From NCBI RefSeq assembly GCF_009914755.1, contig NC_060931.1: a DNA stretch of 64,000 nucleotides; one strand, given 5' to 3'. The DNA is from the human T2T-CHM13v2.0 reference genome, Homo sapiens. Shown in pieces: positions 1 to 18,470 of the stretch. Each line of letters opens with the position of its first letter. Positions within the stretch are counted from its first letter, which is position 1. Made by a program: the position numbers and the translations under genes. Below the pieces are notes generated by a model. It was not told where the DNA came from, searched no databases, and worked only from the letters and a program-made list of their open reading frames with translations.

Positions 1-377
1 GTAATTTTTCTGTTACGCTGCTAATCCATAGATGCTCAATTTCAACACTGGCACTTTTCCATCGTAGCTTTTGCTTCACCTAAAGTTAGTTATTTTAAGT
101 GATTTGAAATAAATTTAATATTTTGGTTGACACGAAGTGAAGAATACTTAGAATAAAATGTATAATGATACATTTTGACAATATGTATTTCATATTCAAT
201 AAAAAGGGAAATTTAGAAATATTCCCCAAAACCTGAGAGGAAAAAGAAAAGGCATTATTTGTTCCTCATTCTGATTTTCTTTGTGTATTGTAATTCCAGA
301 AATTTACCTATAGTTTGTGCAGATAAATGAAGTTGTAATTTTTTCATTTTAAATATTTCCTTTGTTTTGTCTTCCAG

Positions 378-494
378 ATAAAATCAAAGACAAAATTAAA
401 GAGAGAGACAAAGAAAAAGAGAGAGAAAAAAAGAAACATAAAGTAATGAATGAGATCAAGAAAGAGAATGGAGAAGTAAAGATTTTGCTGAAAA
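378..494 (+). CDS. RSBN1L: RSBN1L coding exon 2 (117 nt; Lys/Glu-rich DKIKDKIKERDKEKEREKKKHKVMNEIKKENGEVKILLK)
   Basis: Acceptor tttgttttgtcttccAG|378 and donor AAAA|gtaagt at 495. Phase 1-1, joining exon 3 in frame (LLK-S-GKEKP). Confidence 0.93.
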
Positions 495-1707
495 GTAAGT
501 TTTATTCAGTGATTTTAGTTCTACTTTATTATACTGTTCAGTATCTTTATTGGCTAAGTGAATAAAATAAGAAATGTTATTTGGTGCTGAATTTTGCGGA
601 GAATGAACAATGATGAGGAAATGAAAAGTAAATGTAACAACGGAGAGTTCTAATCTGTATGGTAACATGTCTTATAGTATATTTAGTGAGCCATTAAAAA
701 GTTAAAAGGTTAAGCTTCGTTAAACTTAATTTCTTAAATTATTTTAAAATAAGTTAATTCTATGTTTGCATTACTAGTCTTACTCATATTTAGATAATCT
801 AAAAGGAAGAAATTAAGAAAAATTGCCGAAGCAAGTTTTAGTATGATAGGGATGGTGAAGTAAGTGATCTTCTTAAAAATATTTGACTGTCATCACCATA
901 CCATAGTCTAGCATTTAGAGGGAACATTTTACTCTGAGCTAAATCAGAAGCGGTATGTTTCTTGTATGTTTAAGAATATCCTTGTTTTATTCTTTTTTTT
1001 CTCTGTTACAGTTGCATTCATTTGCTGTTTATATATGAGGGTGGGGTGGAGAGAAGAATTTGGGGGGTAGGTGGTTGGGTAATAAGTATACTGCAAATCC
1101 TGTCAATAAGTCTGAACTTGTAAAGAGAGAATTTGTGGTAGAATAGACGTAAGGATAGTCTTAAATTCACTCAGATGTCAAGGTAAGAAGAATCCGTGGC
1201 ATTCGGTTGCTAGACAACTAGCGAATTCACTAGCTAGCAAATTTACTAGTGCTATCATGTTGATAGTTGATGATGAGAATATGTTGACCTTGATTAACTT
1301 CATATTGAATTTAATTGTTGATAAGGCTTTATATTTGCTTGAGGGGGAAAGACCACGACACTGCATATGTAGCAAAATAACTGGTAGTTTATATTATCTA
1401 AGATAAAGAGTATTAGATTCTGTATTTTCATTGCATTCTTTGTCATGTTTTCAGATATTCGTTTTCTATTATCTACATGTCAGAACTTCATTTTCTACGA
1501 TATTCTTTCAACCTTGAAGAAATACGTCAGAGCTTAAGTTGATGGCTGCTTATTAGTTAATGCTCATGATCCTTTTGTTCTGTTTCTTTTGCCTGCATAT
1601 TCTATCTGTGTTGTCTAATTAGATTGTAAGCCTTTGAGGCAGGAATTGAATATAACCACACTAGTTATTTATAGCAGCTAGTGATGAATGCTTGAAAAGT
1701 CTGCTTA

Positions 1708-2025
<318 letters not shown>

Positions 2026-2572
2026 TTAACTTTACCCTTGGTTTAGCCCAATAGCCATTTTTTTTTCTGATTTAATCAAATAGTTTTCTTATTCATTTGA
2101 AAATATCATGCTGTAAATTCTATTACTTGAGAAGGAATCTGTTTTAGAAATACTTTATAAAAGCCTCATATGTTCTTGATTGAATACTGGATTCCTAACA
2201 TAATGTGAATTATGTGAATCCAGAGATTACACATGAAAATAAAATTTAAAACAGCCTAAAAATTGAGATTTTTAAAAAATGAAATATACGATATTAACTT
2301 TGAAGTAGACAAAAATTTAGGTGATATTTTGAACCGAGTTAAACTGAAACTAGTGATGATTAAGGTAAAAGAATGAGATAGATGTGGAAATTAATTTGTG
2401 ACTTCTGGGATGTCCATGGAAAAATTTAGGGAAAATGTATTCACAGTGGAGGTAAGTAATAATTTAATTACTGCCTTACAGTGTTACCAAGATTAAATGA
2501 GGGAAAGTATGAGGAAAGTGCCAAGTATAGAATCTGGCTCACAGGTACTTACTACTGAGTAGTAAATAGTTA

Positions 2573-2978
<406 letters not shown>

Positions 2979-3398
2979 TTAAGTGAATAAACACATGATT
3001 CATTGGGAAAACAGTGCTTGTCGCATTGAAAGCACTGAGTGTTATCTGTTGTTACTATCTACGAGAAAGAATTTGCTTAGTATGTGGGGCCATTTCCCAA
3101 GTGAGCCTGTGGTGGTGGTAGGGAAAGGCATCTTTTGTTGTTGGTGACTTGGAACAACAAATCATTTACTTTGCTGAGGGAAAATATACTTTCATTTACT
3201 ACTGTGTGCCACTTTTTTCCTTGTGGCCTCCAACTTTTATTCTATCCTTGTAATTTTTTTCTTCTGTTAATGATAATGTTGCAAGCTGTGGTATACACAG
3301 GTGTTGATGGATGATGGCATTTGAAAATCTAAAATAGATGTCAAGTATGTCACACCAATTCATTTTCTCCAGGTTTTTCTTAAAAATTGTGTCAGGTA

Positions 3399-3701
3399 GG
3401 CTGGGCGCAGTGTCTCACGCCTGTAATCCCAGCACTTTGGGAGGCCAAGGCGGGTGGGCCACTTGAAGCTAGGAGTTTGAGACCAGCTTGGCCAACCTGG
3501 TGAAACCCCATCTCTACTAAAAATAGAAAAATTAGCCGGGCGTGGTGGCGCTCGTCTGTAATCCCAGCTACTCGTGAGGCTGAGGCAGGAGAATTGCTTG
3601 AACCCAGGAGGCAAAGGCTGCAGCCGAGATTGTGCCACTGCACTCCAGCCTGGGTGACAGAGCAAGACTTGGTCTCAGGAAAAAAAAAAAAAAAAAAAAA
3701 A
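3399..3701 (+). mobile_element. Alu, left arm of a tail-to-tail pair
   Basis: Full dimer with A22 tail. Confidence 0.95.
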
Positions 3702-3707
3702 TGTGTC

Positions 3708-4141
<434 letters not shown>

Positions 4142-4719
4142 TAAAGGAACAAATAAGTTTGAAACAAAGCTTATTTAGTGGGTCTTATTTTATACTAAAG
4201 TTCACCAACTGCTTTTTCTGATTGTATGCATTATGTTCCAGGCATTTTTATGTTGTTTATTAATGATAAAGTGTGAGAACATGTGTTATGATTATAGTAT
4301 TTTTTAGAGTAAATGTTTGTCATTATAGCATTTTAAATAAGTTTGCTGGTGAGCAGTTAGAATGAGGGTTGAAAGAAGCCAGTGTCCAAGGTGACTGGTA
4401 GTGTACTAAAGGTCACAGGTAGGTAAATCATGGCTGGAAGAGTGACAACATTGCAGTGCAAAAAAAGCAGATTCGAATCCCAGAGGCCAAAAGTTGAGAA
4501 TAACTAAGCTAATTAGTACTTTTTTCCTATATGTAATAATGGGATGGGGGAGAGAGAAAGATAGATATAAATTTTATAAATTTTTCTGAATTTTGTTTTT
4601 CACTTTATTAATACAGAAAGTATACGAAAATTAGTGGTAGAATTAACTCAATGAATTTGTGATCTTAAAAGTTTTTTTTTATTTTTCTTTTCATAATTAG
4701 CCATTAACAACACATGCTG

Positions 4720-5710
<991 letters not shown>

Positions 5711-5896
5711 TTAGTGTAGGAGAAGCAAATTGGTATTTAAAATGGCCTTTTTCCTTATTTTAAAATTTTCTGCATACATATCTACTGCATTTCATATGTA
5801 GAGATAGGAAATGAGCGAGAGATTACATAAAGCTCTTAATCTATCTGGTGAATGCTAGTACCCCAGTTTGGTTTCATGTAAAGAATGCATTTTGCC

Positions 5897-6139
5897 TGTG
5901 TCCACTGGGATTCCTAAGGCTACTCCCAGGGCCTGTGATTTGCTGAAAGGATTCACAGGACTCAGCATATGGTTGTACTTATGGCTATGATTTGTTATAG
6001 TGAAGGAGGACAGGCATGGTGGCTCACAGCTCTTATCCCAGCATTTTGGGGAGCTGGGGCCGGAGGATTGCTTGAGCCTGGGAGTACGAGACCAGCCTGG
6101 GCAACGTGGCAAGAACCCATCTTTAAAAAAAAAAAAAAA

Positions 6140-6185
<46 letters not shown>

Positions 6186-6980
6186 CAAGAATCCATCTTT
6201 AAAAAAATATACAGACACACAGTGAAAGGATACAAAGTAAAATCAACAAGAAAAATAGCACTTGGTGCAATTTCTGAAAGAAACTAGGCACAAGTTTCTG
6301 AGAGTCCTTTCCCAATGTTGTCACATGTGATGTGCTTAATTCTTGCAGTGGTGAATTGTGACAACACATGTGAAATCTTGTCTGCCAGAGAAGCTCATTA
6401 AAAACTCAGTGCCCAGGGTTTTTCTTGGACATTGGTCATATAGGCACCATTTGCCTACCACAAACTAAAATTCCAGACTCCCAGAAGGAAAACAAGTGTT
6501 CAGCAAAACCATGTTGTTTAGGCCTGGTGTGGTGGCTCACACCTGTAATCCCAGCACTTTGGGAGGCCGAGGCACGCAGATCACTTGAGGTCAGGAGTTT
6601 GAGACCAGCCTGGCCAACGTGGTGAAACCCCGATTCCACTAAAAATACAAAATTAGCCAGGCGTGGTGGTGCATGCCTGTAATTCCAGCTACTCAGTTGG
6701 CCGAGGCAGGAGAATCGCTTGAACCCAGGAGGCGGCGGAAGTTGCTGTGAGCCGATTGCACGATTGCACTGCACCCTGGGCGACAGAGTGAGACCCTGTC
6801 TTAAACAACAACAACAACAACGAACTATATTGTTTGCACAGTTTTGGCACAGTGAAGACTCTTACTTATGGAATGGGGGGAACCCTCCAAAAATAAGAGT
6901 TCCTAGATGCTAGCCGAGAGTCAGCCTTGCAAACAGGACTGAGAATAACAGTCTCAGGCATATTATCTCTTCTGCATACA
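5897..6980. mobile_element. MER21-like ERV LTR interrupted by an Alu monomer (about 6012-6140), a (CA)n repeat and an Alu (6521-6821)
   Basis: Recalled MER21 motifs: ggactcagcatat.gttgtact.atggctatgattt, aactcagtgcccagggttttt, aaattccagactcccagaaggaaa. Confidence 0.7.
6142..6183 (+). repeat. (AC)n microsatellite, about 21 units
   Basis: Read directly from the sequence. Confidence 0.97.
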
Positions 6981-7024
6981 GTGCTCATTTCAGTATTTAA
7001 TTACAGAATAGTTTTCCATGGGAA

Positions 7025-9271
<2,247 letters not shown>

Positions 9272-9583
9272 CTATAAGCCTCAGGTAGTCTGTTAGTGAG
9301 ACAGATTTTTTCATTCATACTTTCATTAAATATTCTTATGTAGCAATATGCCAGATACTATGAGGGATATAATGATGGAAAAGGAGGTATCATTTCACTC
9401 TAAATTAATACAAAGGTTATTTGTTTCACTCATAGTGTTGATTGACATATGGTATACAGGTATCCTATGAGAGAAACATGTAACTTTTGTAATATATGAC
9501 TTAGGAGTGAAGTGATTTCAGTTCTAATTTGAGAAATGAGGGAAAGCAACATGAAGGAAAGGATATAAGAGTTGTCTTTAATG

Positions 9584-10085
9584 CAGTGGTCCCCAACCTT
9601 ATTGGTACCAGGGACTGATTTCACGGAAGACAGTGATTCCATGGACAGATGGGATGGTTTCGGGATGATTCAAGGACACTACATTTATTGTGCACTTTAT
9701 TTCTATTATTATACATTATAATATGTAATGAAATAATTATATAACTCACCATAATGTAGAATCAGTGGGAACCCTGAGCTTGTTAATCTGTATTTGGAGC
9801 AGCTCCCAGCACTAGTATCATCTCAGATCGTTAGGCATTAGAGTCTCCATAAGGAGCAGGCAACCTAGATTCCTCACATGCATGGTTCATAATAGGGTTC
9901 ACCCTCCTATGAGAATCTAATACTGACAGGAAGTGGAGCTCAGGCAGTAATGTGAGCGATGGGGAATGGCTGTAATACAGATGAAGCTTCGCTGGCTCGC
10001 CCACTGCTCACCTCCTGCTGTGTGGCCTAGTTGTGACAGGCTGTGGACCAGTACCGGTCTGTTGCCCTGGGATTGGGGATGCCTG
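9584..10085 (+). mobile_element. MER1A-like hAT-Charlie DNA transposon
   Basis: TIRs cagtggtccccaa ... ttggggatgcctg. Degenerate 8-bp flanks ctttaatg / cattaaag. Homologous to the element at 50062. Confidence 0.85.
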
Positions 10086-10098
10086 CATTAAAGGATAG

Positions 10099-11902
10099 TG
10101 TATTAGTCCATTTTTGCACTTCTATAAAGAAGTACCCGAGACTGGGTAATTTATAAAGAAAAGAGGTTTAAGTGGCTCATGGTTCTGCAGGCTGTACAGG
10201 AAGCATGGTGCTGGCATCTGCTCAGCTTTCGGGAGGCCTCAGGAAACTTTCAATTATGGTGGAAGGTGAAGGGAAAGCAGGCACGCCGTACATGGCCAGA
10301 GCAGGAGAGAGGTGGTGATGGGGGAGGTGCTGCACACTTGTAAACAACCAGATGTCACTCACAATGGTGATGCAGAACCAAGGGGGAAATTCACCCCCAT
10401 GATTTCAGTTACCTCCTACCAGGCCCCACCTTCAATTGTAATTGGGGATTACAGTTCGACATGAGATTTGGGAGGGGACACAGATCCAAACCATATCATT
10501 TCACCCCTGGCCCCTCCCAAATATCATGTCCTTCTCACATTGCAAAATTCAGTCATGCCTTGCCAACAGTCCCCCCAAATCTTAACTCATTCCAGCATTA
10601 ACCCAAAAGTTCAAAGTCCAAAGTCTCATTTGAGACAAGGCCAAGTCTCTTCCACCTATGAGCGTATAAAATATAAAACAAGTTAGTTACTTCCAACATA
10701 GAGGGGGGTGGGTATAGGCATTGAGTAAATACTTCTGTTCCAAAAGGGAGAAATTGGCCAAAAAAAGGAGCTACAGACCTCATGCAAGTCCGAAACCCAG
10801 CAGGGCAGTCATTAAACCTTAAAGCTCCAAAATAATCCCCTTTGACTCCATGACCCACATCCAGGACACTCTCATGCAAGAGGTGGGCTCCCAGTGCCTT
10901 GGGTAGCCCCACCCCTGTGGCTGTGTAGGGTTCAGCCCCTGTGGCTGCTCTCAAGGGCTGGTATTGAGTGCTTGAGGCTTTTTCAAGTGCGTGGTGCAAG
11001 CTTTTGGTGGATCTACCATTCTGGGGTCTGGAGGACAGTGGCCCTCTTCTCATAGCCCCACTCTGCAGTACCCTGGTGGAGACTCAGTGTGGGGGCTCCA
11101 ACCCCACATTTCCCCACATTACCTTTTCCAAACCATAAAGGTTTGGAAAATTTGCAGTCTGGCCATGTGGTAGAAAAGAAAAGCCTATTGTCAGGGAAGA
11201 GTTCAAGCAGGCTGCAGAAATTTGTGTAAATAACTGCAGAAATTTGTGTAAATAAAACGAAAGAGCCAACTGCTAATAGACTAGACAATGGGGGAAAGTC
11301 CTAGAAGGCATTTCAGAGAACGTTGTGGCAGCTCCTCCCATCACAGGCCTGGAGGCCTAGTAGGACTGAGTGGTTTCCTGGGCCAGGCCCAGGGCCCTGC
11401 TGCTCTGCACAGCCTCAGGATACTGCTCCCTGCTCCCCAGCCATCCCAGCTCCAGCTGTGGCTCAAAGGTGCCCAGGTATAGCTTGAGCCACTACTTCAA
11501 GGGTGCCAGCCATAAGTCTTGGTGGCTCTATGTGGTATTAAGCCTGCCAGTACACAGAATGCAAGATTCGAGGCTTGGGAGCTTCCACCTAGTTTTCAGA
11601 GGCTGTATGGAAACACCTGGATGTTCAGGCAGAAGCCTGCTAAAGGAATGGAGCTCTCATGGAGAACCTCTCTACTAGGGCAGTCACTTCCACATTGTCA
11701 GATGTCTTTATAGCAATGCCCCATTCCTCAGTACCAGTTTTCTGTATTAGTCCATTCTTATACTGCTATAAAGAAATACTTCAGACTGGGTAATTTATAA
11801 AGAAAAGAGGTTTAATTGGCTCATGGTTCTACAGGCTGTACAGGAAGCATGATGCTGGCATCTGCTCAGCTTCTCGGGGGGGGGCTCAGGAAACTTTCAG
11901 TC
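10099..11902 (-). mobile_element. MST (MSTA-like) MaLR: LTR 10099-10498, rearranged internal region, truncated second LTR 11743-11902
   Basis: Two direct repeats beginning tgtattagtccatt...gactgggtaatttataaagaaaagaggttt flank THE1/MST-type internal sequence. Confidence 0.88.
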
Positions 11903-12409
11903 ACATCAAATGGATAGAAAAGAGTTCATTTGTAAATAATGAGCAAGTGAAGTGTATTTTAAGGAGAGGAAATACCTTTGCCAGTAGAGTTATGTTTTAT
12001 AAGAAATTGTAAATAAATAGTTCAGTTTGACCAGAGTATGAGGTACTTGAGGGCACTGTCTTTGGATTCCAGACTGAAGAGATTATAGGTAGACATTGAG
12101 AGCTCTTGAAAGCAGTTTAGCTAAGGAATGAATATGATCAAAAGAATACATAAAAATTATAGAAAGGTTAATATGGCTGTAGCATTCAGGATGAGAGACA
12201 GTTATGCAGCTGTTAGACCAAAAATTAAGACAGTGGCATCAAGGAATTCAGAAGTAATCAAGGATGAGCTGGATAATTCTGTCAAATCACGGAGACACCA
12301 GAAAAAATGACTTGAGTAAATATGACTGGATTTGATATTTCAACATTCTGGGAAAGCAAATTTAAACAGATTGAAAACAGAACCAGAATTTAAGCAGTAA
12401 GAATGATAA

Positions 12410-13225
<816 letters not shown>

Positions 13226-13383
13226 CTAAATATTGATTATCAATTCTGTAAAAAATGAGTCCTAAATATATAATTCTGAGTAAATTTTCAGAAGTAAACT
13301 TCTTACTTAGACAAAACTGTTCCTAAAGCATGGTTTTTAAAGTAATTAAAATATGGAGTTTCAAAAAACATTTTTTCCAACAG

Positions 13384-14024
13384 GTGGGAAGGAGAAACCA
13401 AAAACAAATATAGAAGACTTACAAATTAAAAAGGTAAAGAAGAAAAAGAAAAAGAAACACAAAGAGAATGAAAAACGGAAGCGTCCGAAAATGTATAGCA
13501 AATCTATTCAGACCATCTGCTCAGGATTGCTAACTGATGTTGAAGATCAAGCAGCCAAAGGCATCCTAAATGATAACATAAAAGATTACGTTGGGAAGAA
13601 TTTGGATACCAAGAACTATGATTCCAAAATTCCAGAGAACAGTGAGTTTCCATTTGTCTCATTAAAGGAGCCACGAGTTCAGAATAACCTCAAAAGGTTG
13701 GACACTTTGGAATTTAAACAACTCATTCATATAGAGCACCAGCCTAATGGAGGTGCATCGGTTATCCATGCCTACAGTAACGAACTCTCCCACCTGTCTC
13801 CTATGGAGATGGAGAGGTTTGCAGAAGAGTTTGTGGGTCTAGTGTTCAGTGAAAATGAAAACTCTGCAGCTTTCTACGTGATGGGTATTGTTCATGGGGC
13901 AGCTACTTATTTACCTGACTTTTTAGACTATTTTTCATTTAATTTTCCCAATTCACCAGTGAAAATGGAGATATTGGGAAAGAAAGATATAGAGACAACG
14001 ACTATGTCCAATTTTCATGCTCAG
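13384..14024 (+). CDS. RSBN1L: RSBN1L coding exon 3 (641 nt; poly-Lys NLS-like tract and start of the conserved RSBN1 domain)
   Basis: Lies within the 228-aa ORF 13353-14039. Acceptor ttttttccaacAG|13384, donor CAG|gtaaga at 14025. Motifs HIEHQPNGGASVIHAY and YVMGIVHGAATYLPDFLDYF are typical of RSBN1/RSBN1L. Confidence 0.96.
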
Positions 14025-15110
14025 GTAAGAGGTTTTTAGTTTTATAAAATAACTTTTAATTATATATTTTTAGATGAGTTTCTGTTTTTTGTTCCTAATT
14101 ATAGGGCTGAAATAAAAAGGTAAGAATATAATGAAACCATTTGGGAGTATTAAGAGTAAATTACTTTCTTGATGTGAGCATCAGAATTTAAAATTCAATT
14201 TTCACTTATGTATGTTTTTTTTTAAAGACAATTAATGAAATAATTAAGATTCTGTGTTTTTTTTTTTTTTTTTTTTTTTTTGCAAGGAGTGGTCTTGAAC
14301 CTAAGGAAATGAATTTAGCCATGTATTTTCCAGTCCTTAAATAGTTTTCTTACCTGGAAATCACCTAAAATTGTCTTCTAGCTTTAGGATGCTTTAAGAT
14401 ACTTAGCACCAGGCCCATCACATGGTAGGTACTGAAGAAATGTTGGCCATTAAAAATATTGTGGTATGAAGGAATCATCAGTTACTGTGTAATGATGTGT
14501 TAAAAGTAGCAATCAGTATATTGAGCTAATTTTCATTTCCTACCCTTCTCTATGGTGGAGAATATATATTATTCTGGAAAGCAGACAGAATAGAGTCTGC
14601 TGGGTCTTGAACATCAGTGTGGGCCCATCTGAAAGGCTGGTGCCATTATCACCCATCCTCAGATTGGGACTGTTTAGTCTGGAGATTGGCCAGTTCTCAC
14701 ATTTATTGATGCTGTAGTTTTTGGTTTTCTAGGAACGGTTTTTGGTTTCTAGGACAACATTCTAGTTTGGAAGGAGGGAAAAAGTAAAGGAAGTCTCAAA
14801 TGGATCTTAGTGATTATTTATCCCAACACCTCTCAATTTACAAATAAGTAAACAGACGTAGAGAGAGAGGAGTAAGGTATTGTTTAACATTGTCAGCAGT
14901 GTCAGGATTAGAACAAAATCTTAATCTTCATCCAGGGCTCCTTTCCTTATTCTGAATATGTTCCTTTTTGGATGGGTGCTCAAGTTATAGTTTCCACTTT
15001 AAATGGTAGTCTGGATGTTCAGTCACATCCACATGTACCCCGCCCCCAATAGTATGAGTATGTTTGGTGTATATTCTGTAGTAGATTGTAGTCTGGAAAA
15101 TAATGTGGTG

Positions 15111-15399
<289 letters not shown>

Positions 15400-16589
15400 T
15401 AATTTTTAATGTGCGTATGTGGGAATTATTCTCTAACATGTTTGAGAATTGAAAATTAAATATTTTCTAAACTAGATAGGGAGCTATAGAGCATCCATTA
15501 CTAGCCCTGTCATTTTATAGAAACCCAAAATGGTGAGTTACTTGTCTGAGGTTACACCTGAATATAATGGCAGAATCAGGACTGGCATCTAATAATAGTG
15601 TTTACTATTTATTGAGTACTGACTGTGCCAAGGACTAGTTGTTCTGAGTATTTTATATGTAGTAACTCATTTAATCCTCATTATAATCTTACTTTAGCAG
15701 TGAAGAAACAGATCCAGTGAGAGAAGAGATAACATGTTCAAAGTGCCTTATCACCTTATCATTCATTTGTCGTTTATTGCATGTCTCCTAAATGTCCGGT
15801 TTTCTATTGGGCCTCTTGGCTCCCATTCCCGGTTATTTCCACAATACCACAAACTTTCTTGCTTTGATACTATGCAAGTTTGCTTCAGTAACCTTTTAAA
15901 TGTGACAGTACATTGATGTGCATCACATTACATGCTTTTCAGATGGTTTTTCAAATAAGTTTAGGAATTATTTTATACTAAATGATAAAAATTTTCATCT
16001 AAACTATGTAATATGTACACCATGAAAACTGCTTTTGTTACTAAATAAAATGAGATGCTGGACTTGTTAATCATGGCAGTGTGTGCCTGGGATGTGGATC
16101 TCAAGTCCTTGATGAGCCACCTCCTCTGGTTGTCACCATGTCTTCGGGCTTCTTGGGTAATATATATTGCAAAGAGGAAACTCCAGGCAGATGGATCCTG
16201 TTTTTTACCAGTTGTGGTTCTGGCCCCATATCTGTGTGATCTGCTACCCTGGTGACCTAAGCATGTCAGCTGCAGGGACTACTTTTGCTTCTTTAGCTTT
16301 AGACTTAAAGGCAGGAAAGTACATGTGCAAGGCCCGTATTCCTTTTATCACAAGATTCTTCAGATCTTATCATTCCTGTGAGTGGGGAAGTTGTTGTGTG
16401 CAGATTGGGGAGGTAGCCTTTGATTTGTCCTTAGGCACTGGCTTTATGAAACTGAATGGGATCCAGAAGAGAGAGCAGTAGGAGAAAAATGAGCATGCTT
16501 CTTCTTGCACAGTTCTATTTCTCATCCCTGGAGTCCTCCCAGTTAAAGCTCTCTCAGCCTACATTGAAGTGTCCCTCCAGGAGTTGATT

Positions 16590-18470
16590 TTATTTAGTAA
16601 ACTTTTTATTGAAGTGTAATGTATGACATAGTATACATATTATAAATGTATAACTTGATGAATCTTCACAGGGAACACACCCATGATTTTAAAAAGCCAA
16701 ATATTGTTAATAGCCAGAAACCATCCCCGAACCCTTCTTTATCAGTACTGTGCCAACCCCCCAGTCCCACCACATGAACAAATACCCAGGTGATCACTGT
16801 CCTGACTTTGAACATCACTGATATATTTTGCTTCTTTTTGAACTTAGGTGGAATCAGATAGTACGTACATTGTTGTGTCTGGTCTCTTTTCTGTAGTATA
16901 ATGTTTGTGAGATTCATCCATCTTGTATGTAGTGGTACTGCTGTATGGTATTCCACTGTGTTAGTATACCAGTGTTAATATACCACAGCTTGTTGATCTT
17001 GTTACCATATGGATGGACATTTGAGTTGTTTCCAGTTTGAGGCTGGTAGAACACGGATGCTATGAATATTTTTCACATGTCTTGATGAGCATATGTATGT
17101 GTTTCTTTTGAGTATATACCTAAGATTAGGATTTCAGGATCAAAACATATGCACCTATTCAGTTTTGCTAGGTACTGCCAGTGTTCCAAAGTTAAATGTG
17201 CCTATTTACATTCCCAGTGGCAGTGTTTCACATCCTTTGCCACGGTTAGTAGTGTCTTTTTCATTTAAGTCATTCTGGTGACTATGTAGTGGTAGCTCCC
17301 TGTGGTTTAATTTGTATTTCCCTGATGACTAAGGATGTCAAGTACCTTTTTATATGATTATTATCCAGTTGAATATCCTCTTTTGTAAAGTACCTGTCCA
17401 CTCTGTCAATTTCTTATTTGCTTTTTTTCTAGTTGATTTGTTGGACTATTATATATGTAGATAAGAATCTTTTGTCAGCTAACTGTATTGCAAATATTTC
17501 CTCTCACTTGGTGTCTTACCTTTTCACTCATAGATGTTTTTGGTAACTAGAAGTTCCTAAGTTTAATGTAATCTAATTTATAATTTATAATCCATTTATG
17601 ATAACTGTTTCTTACATTCTGTTTTAGAAATCTTTGCCTACCACAAAGTCATTAATATATTCTGTGAAGTTTTCTTCTGGAAACTTTTATTGTTTTACCT
17701 TTCATGGTTAAATCTATAGTTAATAAAACAGCAGCTAAAAGTATTGGAAAAATAATCTGTAGTTCATCTGGAATTGATCTTTGTATATGGCATGAGGTAA
17801 AGATCAGGGTTTATGTTTTTCCATATAAATATATCCAAAAGACCCAGCATCATTTATGGAAAAGATACCCCTTCCTCATTGTATTGTAGTGTCACCTTAA
17901 ACCAGCTAATCATATGTGTGTGGGTCTGTTTCTGGGCTCCCTTTGATTCCATTGTTTTGTTTGTCTAATTGTTACAGCTTTATAATAACTCTTTCTATTG
18001 ATTGATTGATAGATACAGGGTCTTGTTCTATCAGCCAGGCTAGAGTGCAATGGTACGATCATAGTGCTTTGTAGTCTCAGATTCCTGGCCTCAAGTGATC
18101 CTCCCACCTCAGCTTCCTGGGTAGCTGGGACTACAGGTGTGAGCCACTGTGCCTAGCTTTATCATTAATCTCAATAATCTAGAATCGGTTTGCCAGCTTT
18201 GTTCTTCAAGATTTCCTTGGCTCTTTACATTTCCACATAAACTTTCGAATCAGCTTTTCAAGTTTCAAAGAGTTATCTGCTAGAATATTGCTTAGTATTA
18301 CATTAAGGCTATAGATAAGTTAGGGTAGAATCGATGCCTTTACAACATTGAGTCTTCCGATCTGTGATCATGGTATTCCCCTTCATTTGTCTTTTTATTT
18401 TCTGTCAGTAATATTTTTTGGTTTTCAGCATAGAGGTCTTGCAGATTTTTAAGATTTATTCCTGTATATT
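16590..18470 (-). mobile_element. Old L1 (L1M-type) 3' fragment with an Alu monomer at about 18010-18157
   Basis: Antisense L1 phrases such as gatggacatttgagttgtttccagttt, tgtatttccctgatgact and gggtctgtttctgggctc. Confidence 0.8.

Noticed and set aside
10468-11713. ORFs of up to 151 aa in the MST internal region
   Set aside because: Chance frames in a decayed, rearranged MaLR internal sequence, with no recognisable domain.
13353-13383. ATG at 13353 as an internal RSBN1L start
   Set aside because: Intronic in-frame extension upstream of the exon 3 acceptor, with no promoter features nearby.
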